Source: Trypethelium eluteriae (taxonomy: Eukaryota). From it: a DNA stretch of 20,000 bases. Shown here piece after piece: positions 9,601 through 18,434 of the stretch. How positions within the stretch are numbered: position 1 is the first letter of the stretch; each line of letters opens with the position of its first letter. The stretch lies in the NCBI GenBank assembly GCA_051942245.1, contig JAVECL010000052.1:52406-72405 (forward strand). The letters run 5' to 3'. The position numbers and the translations under genes are program-made. The notes beneath the pieces are model-generated. The model was not told the origin of the DNA, ran no database searches, and saw only the letters and a list, made by a program, of their open reading frames with translations.

Positions 9601-11655
9601 TTCGAGTTGGGCGGTGACTCGCTCGTCGCTATGAAAATGGTAGGATCCGCTCTTGAGAACGGTATCAACTTGACTGTCGCGGATGTGTTCTTATACCCCG
9701 CTTTCAACGACATGCTTGCAGTCATTCGCAGATCTATGAGTACGGAAGTGCCCCAGGCTGGTGAAAACGGCAACGGAGAGGAAGCGAAACAAGAGCTGAT
9801 CTTCGACCCATTGGATGAAGTGGCATACGAGCCTTTCTCACTTCTCAAGAACAGCAATATTGAGGCATTCCTCCAAGAGCATATCTGCTCTCAACTTCAT
9901 GTCTTCAGAGGAGGTATTGTAGACGTGCTTCCAGTCACCGATTATCAAGCATTGGCCATTAGTGGCTCGATGCTAGAGTCGAGGTGGATGCTTAACTACT
10001 TCTCCTTCGAAGGTCGTGGGAAACTTGACTTAGGAAGACTCAAGCGTTGTATCTTCCAGGTCATCCAAGAATATCCGATCCTCCGTACCGTGTTCATTGC
10101 ACACCAGGACCAGTTACTGCAAGTCGTCCTACGCAAACTTGAGCCGGACTTTTCTGTCGTGGAGACTGCGCAAGACGTCGACGAATACGTCCGCTCATGG
10201 AGGGAAGAAGATCGCAGTTCCACCCTCCGACTTGGCGAGTCTTACCTCAAAGTGATGGTAGTGCAGAAGAAGTACAGCAGTCAGCATTCTATTGTGCTGC
10301 GACTCTCACACGCGCAGTATGACGGGGTGTCACTGCCTATCATTCTAGAGTCACTTCAAGCCGCATACAACGGGCAGCCGCTCGTCTCTGGGACCGACTT
10401 CTCGAATTACGTCAGTTCTGCGATGGAGGATCCATCCGGCGATACCCACGACCATTGGAGAAATTTACTCAAGGGCTCCTCAATGACTTCCATCGTGTCC
10501 CGTGACAGACCGAACTTTGACATGTTCATGACGGAGAGTACAACTTTCAAGAAGACTATCAATTTACATTCCCTATCGGCCAAGAGTATCACACCTGCAA
10601 CCATTCTCAAAGCGGCGTGGGCATTAGTGTTAACCCAAACGACAGCCACCTCGGATGTTACTTTCGGGCATATAGTGAGCGGTCGCAACGCCGTAGTGCC
10701 AGGCCTAGCACATGTGGTAGGCCCATGTCTGAACATTGTCCCTGTCCGAACCAAGCTCCAGCTTGGCTGGACGGCTCTCGATCTTCTGCACGATATCCAG
10801 GGACAACAGGTCGCCAACATGCCGCATGAGATGCTTGGATTCCGCGAAATTATCAAGCGCTGCACTGATTGGCCCGATTGCACAACCTTCTCTTCGATTA
10901 TCCAGCATCAGAACCTCGAAGCTTCTGAATCTTACCGTTTCGGTGATGTTGACTATCACGTCAGTGCTGTCGGCGCACCAGGCGAAATGGCCGATATCAA
11001 TATTGTGTCGGTTCCGCAGAAGGACAATAATGTTGAGATCAATCTTTCTTTCGTCCGGGACGGCGGTATCACCTCCGCCTTTGCGACAAGGCTCCTTGAC
11101 TCGCTATGCACTATGGCTACGGCCATTTCAGCGGAACCCGATATGGCACTCCCTTCGCCATCGCCGCGATCGCGCATGTCGCAACAAACAGCAGATGAGA
11201 TAGGATTTGCTTCATCCACCAGCTTGGTCGCCCCGTCAGAGAGACTGACTGACCACGAGATTCTTCAGCTGTCCGACGTGATTACTCACGCTTGGCAGCA
11301 AATCCTTCCAAAGTGGAAAGGTAGACCTCTACCTCTAAGCCCAGAGGACTCATTCTTCGAGCTAGGTGGCGACGTTATAGGTCTCGCACAAGTCTTTGCG
11401 ATCCTCCAAAAGGATGGCTTTGAGCTTCGTCTTGAGGATATAATCCGCCATCCAGTCTTTTCCGAGCATGTCGCACTCCTCTCAAAATTGAAGGCCCCAG
11501 TCAGGATCATTGATTCGTCAAGTTCGGAAGAGGACTTAAAATCGGTAACTCGTGCAGAGGTTCAAGCTATTCGGGGGCAGCCGAAATCCTGGAGGAAATC
11601 TATTCATCGGGTGAAGAGTTTTATGAACCGTGGCAAGACTGATAAGGCGTTTTAA
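1..11655 (+). CDS. Multimodular non-ribosomal peptide synthetase, 5'-partial. Exons <1-8895 and 8953-11655 (about 3865 aa in window). Domains E(partial)-C-A-T-C-A(degenerate)-T-E-C-T-C(terminal)-T(Ser-less); Pes1/HcpA/NPS4-like
   Basis: ORFs 7..8952 and 9001..11655 join through the intron 8896-8952, giving HDPSE|YGVTLNI, which matches HDPSEYSITINI in the paralogous upstream C domain. The frame is open at position 1 and starts inside an E domain, so the gene begins upstream of the window. Canonical NRPS motifs occur throughout; stop TAA at 11653-11655. Confidence 0.96.
700..1940 (+). other. NRPS condensation domain downstream of E (expected DCL-type)
   Basis: DAYPCSAMQQG (706-738), RHASLRT, active-site SHAISDG (1105-1125), FGYLVSGRD. 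Confidence 0.9.
2008..3620 (+). other. Intact NRPS adenylation domain
   Basis: A1 LTYKQL, A2 KAGGAFVPLDP, A3 YIIFTSGTTGLPKG (2485-2526), A4 FDAS, A5 NAYGPSE (2884-2904), A6 GELLVEG..VARGYL, A7 YRTGDL, A8 RKDTQVKFNGQRIELGEIE, A9 LPAYMVP, A10 SSGKIDR (3592-3612). Confidence 0.95.
3703..3915 (+). other. Thiolation (PCP) domain
   Basis: DNFFKLGGDSIAAM, with the Ser codon at 3805. Confidence 0.93.
4030..5230 (+). other. NRPS condensation domain (LCL-type expected)
   Basis: DAYPCSSLQEG, canonical HHALYDG (4405-4425), FGQTLAGRD, IIGPTLTTVP. Confidence 0.92.
5302..6020 (+). other. Degenerate, truncated adenylation domain (only the A6-A10 region remains; predicted catalytically inactive)
   Basis: WIVDP..RLAPLGAVGELVLEG (A6-like), KTGYL in place of RTGDL (5593-5607), GKKENQVKLNGQRLEL (A8-like), LPLTASGGPDR in place of ..SGKxDR (5965-5997). 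No A1-A5 motifs are present. Confidence 0.9.
6095..6315 (+). other. Thiolation (PCP) domain preceding E
   Basis: SFLNLGGDSITAMQV, with the Ser codon at 6202. Confidence 0.93.
6367..7720 (+). other. Complete epimerization (E) domain
   Basis: FELSPIQQ, HHLVVDIVSW (6754-6783), EGHGRE (7159-7176), SRTVGWFT (7201-7224), FNYLG. Confidence 0.93.
7795..9120 (+). other. Condensation domain downstream of E (DCL-type expected), interrupted by the intron
   Basis: VYPCSPMQEG, RHAALRT, NHCVIDG (8209-8229), FGYLTSGRD, HDPSE|YGVTLNI. Confidence 0.9.
8896..8952 (+). other. Spliceosomal intron in the NRPS (57 nt, phase 0)
   Basis: Donor GTAAGT at 8896, branch CTAAT at 8935-8939, acceptor TAG at 8950-8952. 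Splicing restores the C-domain homology. Confidence 0.93.
9199..9315 (+). repeat. Three imperfect 39-bp (13-aa) tandem repeats in the C-T linker
   Basis: GIAQQLVTQQVYP / DMVKQLVSECVHR / DMFKQLVSETVQQ; DNA gatatggttaagcagcttgtttctgaa versus gacatgtttaagcaactcgtttccgaa. Confidence 0.8.
9510..9735 (+). other. Thiolation domain with no adjacent A domain
   Basis: SFFELGGDSLVAM, with the Ser codon at 9619. Only about 130 aa of linker separates it from the preceding C domain. Confidence 0.92.
9915..11140 (+). other. Terminal condensation-like (CT) domain, probable macrocyclisation/release domain
   Basis: DVLPVTDYQ, YPILRT, SHAQYDGVS (10306-10332, the SHxxxDxxS pattern typical of fungal CT domains), FGHIVSGRN, GPCLNIVP. 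Confidence 0.85.
11270..11490 (+). other. C-terminal T-like domain lacking the phosphopantetheine serine
   Basis: DSFFELGGDVIGLA: Val (GTT, 11374-11376) sits at the Ser position. Confidence 0.85.
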
Positions 11656-11722
11656 GGAAACCCCCACAAAAAAAGAACAAAAAAACGATGGAAATAGGGA
11701 AAAGGGAAAAAGGAAAGGAAAA
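11656..11722 (+). repeat. A/G-rich low-complexity tract in the NRPS 3' UTR
   Basis: caaaaaaagaacaaaaaaacgatggaaatagggaaaagggaaaaaggaaaggaaaag directly after the stop codon. Confidence 0.6.
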
Positions 11723-12744
11723 GCTCTTCTGCAAAGCCTCTGCGCTTCTCGCTTGACTGTGTAATGTGTTTCATTTGTATTTAGTATCTGTACGCTCTTT
11801 GAATCGTGTAATCTAATATGAGATTGAAAATATCTTCACATGTACCCTCTACGCCTTGTATAAACCTCTAATTTGAGCCCCTGTACAGCAAATGGCGAGG
11901 CTGTGCTATTACAAGGAACTCGTGCTCGTGGTGACAAACGCGGACTCTTGACTTTTCTTTTCATCCAGTGAGACTTTGGGATGCCCCTTAGAAAGCCATT
12001 AGACTGAATCAAGCGAGAGTGGTGCCAAGACTGGGTGAATTTTGGTACATCCAAAAAGGCATTATCGAGGAAGGTTGCAAATTTTTTAAGTATTGACGTG
12101 CCAAGAAAAATACCTGTCGCGAGACGTTGCAAAACATGTCTCGAGCTTACCTACCGAGAGCTTCCTTTGAATAATGGCCTGATATCACTGGTTCATTGGT
12201 ACCAATTGTCAACACTGAAAGTTCTTCTATCTTGGAAATATTAGATTAAGGGACAGCGTCTAGCACAATATTGTGAACTGTGGTTGTGCTGAATGGAAAG
12301 GTAGCACGTGCGACGGATTTTCATAAAATTTATTAGACTCACTAGAAGTATTCTTGTCTTCGTCCGCTTCGAGAGAGGAAAATCCCGACTTACCGACGTG
12401 CCTAAGGTGGAACGTGGAAAAAGAACTATCTTCCGAACTGAAATCAACACTTTCAATATCTGGTGTTGATAGACCTTTACTCTAGCTGCTTATGTGCTGC
12501 TATTTCTCGGGGCTGTTTATGCTGAGGGGAGAGAGCTAAGGGAGGAAACCAAAGACAAGAGAGAAAGAAACAGCAAATGACAGACTGGTTTACTCATACC
12601 ACAGTACCTTGGCTTATCTGCGCTTCAGGTCTCGTCCGAATGTCAGTCCAGGTAAAACCTGACTGAGTACATGCCGGATGAGACTGCATCAAATCGGCTT
12701 CGGGAAACGGGCTCTCAACCTGTAAATCCGAAGCTGAACTACTT

Positions 12745-14625
12745 TTAATCTCTAATAACAAGTCTAGCCTTAACCCACAGCGGTGGCTTCTGCCAAAGGG
12801 TCCAGCTCGGCTGTTTCTTCCAGTCCCGGCTCTCCGGGCAGAGCTCAAGATCGAAATGCCACAGCATCTTAGCTAGGATAATGCGCATCTCGTGGTACGC
12901 GAGGCTGTTGCAGGTCAGGAATCAGCATCCAAATCATGGGCGAGAAAACTCACTTTTTCCCTAAGCAGTTGCGAGGGCCGTAACTGAACGGCTGCAGCAC
13001 ATCCTTTCGGTCACTCTCATAACCACTACCTGGCAGCCAGCGTTCAGGTATAAAAGTATGAGGACTCTTGAAATTGAGCGGAGAATGGTATGCGACCGAT
13101 TGCGGGACAATGACCCAAGTCTGCAGAATAAAATGTTAGGGCAACCAATTCATCTCGATGATCAGCCAAAGCGAGCTCACATTTCCAGGTACCCACTCTC
13201 CACAGATTGTGTTTCCTCCCTTTGCGATATCGCGTGGCAATCCCTCTGGAACCGGAGGGTAGCAGCGAAGTCCTTCTTCAAAGCAGGCCGATAAGTATTT
13301 CAGGCGCGGCAGGTTTTCGAGAGTAAGAGAATCTTCACAGTCCAAAGACCTAACCTCATCAACAGCTTTCTTCAACTTATCTGGATTAGTGAGAAGGAGG
13401 TACGATAGACCACTCAAAAGAGTCGCTGTGGTCTCGGTGCCTGAATTTAAGAACAGTTAGCATGGTCTCTGGTAGAAGCTCCCATCATCACCATTCCAAC
13501 TCTTGCAATGAAGCCATTGATGCATCCATTTGAGGCGCCAGAGCTCTGGTGAATAAAGCGAGGATATGGTACACGCCCCACAAAATTACATACCGGCAAT
13601 CATAAACAAGGACGAGTTCGCATGCATCTTCTGCAAACTGAGAATGTCTGAGCCCTTCTCGAGGACCAAATTCCAAATGTCCGGTTTGTCGGTTCCTCGT
13701 TCGAGCCGGCGATTCACCCTGTCAGCTGAATACTGAAAGTGCTTTTGCCGCGCCTCTTTCAGAGAGGTCGGCATCATGTGATCCATCAGGAAGCGTGTAA
13801 TCGGATACTTTCGTAAAATAGGGAGGATAGCGAGGTATTTGACGTTAGCATAAATGGACTTCACCCAGGGCGAGTACTCGGATCGATCCAACAGACCCAG
13901 CTTTTCGCCAAATGTGAGGTCCGCCATGACGTCAAATGTGGTACAGTTATAGAGGCTCACGAGATTGAGTTCTCGCTCTGGGTCTTCATTGAGCGTTTTG
14001 TGGATATTGCCTATCAATTGGTCGACATATGTCTTGATGAGTGGTTCCTGAAGCCTTAGCGCCTTGTCCGAAAACGCGTTGGTAAAGATCTTGCGGACAC
14101 GAGCATGCTCAACGTCATCGCGCGTTGTTAGTAGGTTATACTCCCCGTTGGCTTCTGTTGCGATAAATTGCGTGCTCTTTGGGTTTGCCTCCCTGTGGGC
14201 GCTACGATACCCGTAAATGTCCTTCCAGGCTTGTGGATTGATATAGGACACTCTATCTGGGCCGACTCGCACGACTTCGCCATACCGATCATGCATGCGA
14301 GCAATCCAGGGAATAATATTGCCGCTTAGATGATGAGAATCGTAGACCATAATGGTTGAAGCAGCTAGCTTGGGCCCGGGGACTGAGTTCCATGGCGTCA
14401 GCGCGGGTTTCTGTCGAGGAATATCGACTTACATTTACTAAGGGGGTGAAAATAGACATTGTAAAGCGCAGTGGAGACAATCTTGAGGACGAGCTTGGAA
14501 ACGTTAGCAAGTAGATGAGACTTGAGCAGGCAAGTTCTTTCCAATACCAGGAAGAGGATGATTCCGAAAAGCGCATAGATGTTTCGAGACTGCAAGTTGT
14601 AGAGGAGTGCTTGGGACTCAGCCAT
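12745..14625 (-). CDS. Cytochrome P450 monooxygenase, 504 aa, CYP65/TRI11-like. Exons 14625-14548, 14493-14433, 14382-13594, 13440-13181, 13120-12954, 12904-12745
   Basis: Five GT-AG introns with branch sites (14547-14494, 14432-14383, 13593-13441, 13180-13121, 12953-12905) give an intact 1515-nt frame. It has an N-terminal membrane anchor, YNVYFHPLSKFPGPKLAA, YGEVVRVGP, I-helix AGTETT, K-helix EGLR, PERW and heme motif FSYGPRNCLG (Cys codon 12967-12965); stop TAA at 12747-12745. An alternative in-frame ATG lies at 14646. Confidence 0.95.
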
Positions 14626-14761
14626 CAGATGCACCGTTCCCTTCATGATATCTGTGGACTGATTTGGAACCAGATATCAATCTTAACTGAAGGTTTGGAA
14701 TGTTATTCCACACGAATGTGCTTCTTCCAAACCCTCTTCCAAACGCTCAGAACTCTCTTCA

Positions 14762-14768
14762 TTATATA
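14762..14768 (-). promoter_or_regulatory. Candidate TATA box of the P450 gene
   Basis: TATATAA on the - strand about 140 bp upstream of ATG 14625. Confidence 0.5.
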
Positions 14769-15538
14769 GTACAGTATGCACAGATGAACTACGGAGCATA
14801 CCGGTCTCGGATCTGGGCGGGAGTTGACCAGCACGATGGTTAGGGTTTTCTAGCCTTGGGGTTATTTGTTGTAGGGTCCTCTTTTTCGTCATATACTCCC
14901 TGTTAAACCTGGCTAAATGTAAGGATGATCTCGATAAATTTCCTGCTTCTCAATGTAATTCGATAGTTCGGACCAGGTTTATCAGTACAGCTGATACGCT
15001 CAATAATAGCATCTCTAATAGAAAAATATCACTAGAATTCTTGCAAGGTAGAACCTTTTTGAAAGGCAACTTGGCCTACAGCTTCAGGTTTCCTATGAAA
15101 ATCTTACCTAAGTTAGAACTAAAGGCTTGGACATTGCTTATAACCATTTTTGTTTGTGACTATGTGGAAAGGGGAGCCAAGGCCTTCAAAAATTGCCTTT
15201 GTTAGCGCTGCTGCAAGAGCGAGCAGAACACATGCGGTGTTCGGGAGGTATCCTGCAAACACCATGTGCCAATCTTCAACCGTCGCGGCACAGCGTCCGG
15301 AAGCCGGCACACGGTGGAGCCCATGTCACAGACTGGACTCGATGAGATTCTAGGAAATCAGATGGACCACATACGACAGCAGCCATGCTTGGCACGGTAG
15401 AGTTAGATTCGTTCAACTAAGTGGTGCAAAAGGGTCTATACTTTACATTACCCTGGCTATACCGTATATATGTGTAGAATGTATGTATACAGTAAGCATA
15501 ACTCTTGAATAGGAGGTATATTGAACCGGATAAAAGGA

Positions 15539-15605
15539 TTCCGGTGCGGAAAGAAGAGATTCCGCTCCGAAAAGAAGATATTCCGATCCGAAAAGAAGAG
15601 ATTCC
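15539..15605. repeat. 21-bp tandem minisatellite, about 3.2 copies
   Basis: ttccggtgcggaaagaagaga / ttccgctccgaaaagaagata / ttccgatccgaaaagaagaga / ttcc. Confidence 0.85.
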
Positions 15606-17783
15606 AGAGGGGCGTGAGGGCTCACGGTTAGGACGGCCGGCGGAATGGGCGGTTAGGCACGGGTGACCAGGGATTCCGCATCGTTTAATCTATCGTCCGA
15701 CATCAAAGCACTAGAGAACTCCCAAGAGGTTGCGATCATTCTGAACTCTCCAGATTCTCTGCTATGGAAGACAGTGGCTCAGCGTTGTCAGTTCTTGAAT
15801 CATTTCGAAGACCAATACCAGATGATGGCGCAATCCTACAGGTCTCAGTAGCTCATGGGTCCAAAGCAAAGCAAGGCATATCGAGACAATCAGAAATCGA
15901 AAAATTGGCGCATCTTTACTTTCAGAATCGAAATTCTCTGATCTGTGCTGGTCCTCTCCTCAAGCGTGGTCGAGTCGAAGAGTCATACAGCTTTTATCAG
16001 CACAGACCCCAATGAGCATTTTGGTTCTTTTGACGAGGGCCTCGGATTCAAGTCTGGCGCACCGGACGATGAGATCGTGCTGGCGCTAGACATGCAGAAA
16101 GAGCCTTTGAATCCCTCTAGGGTGTTGCCCTTGATAGATGCCTGTATTTATTAGTTCTTCAGACCATGTTCTTGATTTCCTTCTTTGGTCTAGTTCAAGT
16201 GATGAAGAAACAAGATATGAGCTATTCAGCAAGTCGAAGGGATTGCATGATTTTCTCTACAATATTTCCAATGTGAAACCTTCTGTCTCTGTCTCCTTGC
16301 TAGCTCTGCATGTGTTGTCGAAGTTGTGTTGGGATGGATCCAACCCCTGGATCGCACGCTATGTCACTGACGATCGCACATGTAACTGGACCCTTTTGTC
16401 TTTTGCGTAAGTTTAGTTGGGGTGAACTGACTTTACGGAAGCCAAAGGGTACGTTCTTGTATATTGTGTTCATATCATTCTTCAGATTCTAGATCTGCCA
16501 TCTTTAGGCGCGGATTTATCCAGACTGCAGTGGAATAGCTATCCTGATGATCTGAACTTGGTTTACTACTCTTGAGTGGTTCGGCACGCGCCGAGTCCGG
16601 ATTTACGTGCGACATTTTGCACGTTGCTGTAAGTGGAGTACCGAGCGTACGGGCCACCATCGTTGACATCGTTGAAAAAGTGCATTGCCCTATAGTCTGG
16701 CTCTTTCAGCCTCCGAATGCACGATAAAATGAAAGAGGACCCCCTACGGCTTCAGCCGCGATAAGATAATAAGAAAGCTTTTTGTAGGTGCAGTGGAAAG
16801 GACTCCTGGCCGTGGCTCCGACTACTCAAACCTCCAAATTTACGCGTGTCGTAAACGCAGTCTGAGTGATGAATATAACAATCTTGCGGTTGTAGAGGTC
16901 GCGCGGCGGAGGAAATGCAAAATACTATCAGAACAGGAATGGATCCATCTGCTACAAGACATCAATCCTTGATATTTCTCTTGGGCCGACAATATTCAGG
17001 AATTTGACAGTCCAACTACCGGTGAAAGCGACTTTTGTTATGCCTATTATCGGTGATATGGCCACGGCTGCTCGTCGAGGTGAGAAAGGTACATCTTTTG
17101 GGCTGTAGACATCTTGCGGTGCTTAGGCCTTATGAGGTACACACCTAAAGCTTGATTAATTCTGTGGACGATGATAAAATGATGGCCGGCGATTCTGTCG
17201 AATGCTTTGATGACTTCGGGATCAGAATACTTCACTATCACCTCAAATGAAGCGGCGTAGCCATTTGATCTAAGTACTGAATTAAATCATCGGAGCGAGG
17301 AGTCTCAGACGTCTGTAGATTAGCTCGGCTGCTGACTGGTCGCCCACTTATTTGCCGCAGTCAGCCGAGCTGGAAAGATCTTGGATTGATTGATCATGGA
17401 GTTTGGCCTCGAATTTCCATTACAGTCATGCCTAATCATGACGTCGTGATGTTATCGAAATGAGGAATATTTCATCTAGCTCGTTAAGCTTTCTAGAACA
17501 CCTGACTCTGGCATGGTAGAGCGACGCTTTGACAAGGTATCACAATCATATGAATTCGATGCTCAAGCTCCTGTCGAGTGATCAGGCCGAACGTATGACG
17601 ATCGGTGAATACCTAGTCATCACTACTTCGTGAACTAGTTTGATGCTTGAGAGAGGCTTTTAGTACCGATAGTTGCAAGTTTTCTCAACACAACTGCAGG
17701 TCATCATGTCGACCAGTTCCAAGGGTGTGTGGTGATGATGAGTAACTCTGGTGACACCCAGGGCCGGCTCTAGCTTGAGCAAG

Positions 17784-17791
17784 CACGTGAC
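17784..17791. promoter_or_regulatory. bHLH E-box / Cbf1-type site in the CTI6 upstream region
   Basis: CACGTGAC (reverse complement GTCACGTG, matching RTCACGTG), about 650 bp upstream of ATG 18435. Confidence 0.4.
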
Positions 17792-18305
17792 CGAGGCAGC
17801 CCTTCCGGTTTTGGCAGCCCACCACAGCTTGGATGTTGTCCTGATTTTGCGCGGATTGGGCTCACCCCTATATGTCCGACCTGTGACCGAACACTGTCGA
17901 CTCTTGCAGGCTCATACGTCTTCGCTCCTGCAAAGCATTCTCCATTATGAGATCCTTCGAGATTCTAGCTCTTGCATCTGGTGCGATCTTTACTATGGGG
18001 AACCTGGACGCAACGTGCCTCGGTGGAGCCGGGATGCTGCGCTCCTGGCCTCACTCGCCCGCCGGATTGAGTTCGGCGGGCTAGTCAATTTGAGGCCGAT
18101 CTCCTCCAAAAGATGCAGCACCCGATTTCTAAACCCACACCAGACCGGTACCGCGATTGCAATCCAGCACACCTTTACACGTCTGGCTGCTACGATCTGG
18201 TCATGTTCCGGCCTTGTTCTCGAGTCTTTTTCGCCAAATTCCCTGTGCCCTCTCAGCTCACTTGATCCTGAGTCTCCTTCAGATCTTCTTGAGCTCTACA
18301 GCTCG

Positions 18306-18390
18306 GTGAGTGCAGTGGATCGACTCTTATTGCTTCACCATGACTCTTTGTTCTCTACAGCTTGCGACCGTGTCAGACTGACTATGACAG
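18306..18390 (+). other. Probable 5'-UTR intron of CTI6 (85 nt)
   Basis: Donor GTGAGT at 18306, branch CTGAC at 18378-18382, acceptor CAG at 18388-18390, 44 nt before the ATG. Confidence 0.55.
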
Positions 18391-18434
18391 ACCATTCATA
18401 CGTCTTTAGCTGCAGCTATTACCATTTCAAGAAA

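Noticed and set aside
74..11510. Many short antisense and alternate-frame ORFs inside the NRPS (e.g. 9231..9857 -, 5406..5894 +)
   Set aside because: These are shadow ORFs of a long coding region with no recognisable motifs.
9001..11655. 884-aa ORF as a separate T-C-T gene, or the NRPS as a nonsense pseudogene
   Set aside because: The canonical intron 8896-8952 joins it in frame and restores the C-domain sequence.
11836..12740. Short ORFs between the NRPS and P450
   Set aside because: They have non-ATG starts and no motifs, consistent with convergent 3' UTR/terminator DNA.
15539..15605. CRISPR-like array
   Set aside because: The context is eukaryotic, and the units are head-to-tail with no unique spacers.
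15410..15680. Intact Tc1/mariner or pogo transposon
   Set aside because: TA-CAGT and short direct repeats are present, but I could not find a matching inverted terminus or a transposase ORF.
17047..17330. Small - strand gene (64-aa ORF with nearby splice-like signals)
   Set aside because: I could not build a consistent exon chain or recognise any domain.
17751..18434. GTG-initiated 419-aa ORF as the true Cti6 N-terminus
   Set aside because: The upstream part is Leu/Ser-rich, UTR-like and spans promoter-like and intron signals. The conserved-looking protein begins at MSPRRSSR (18435). Kept only as a low-interest finding.
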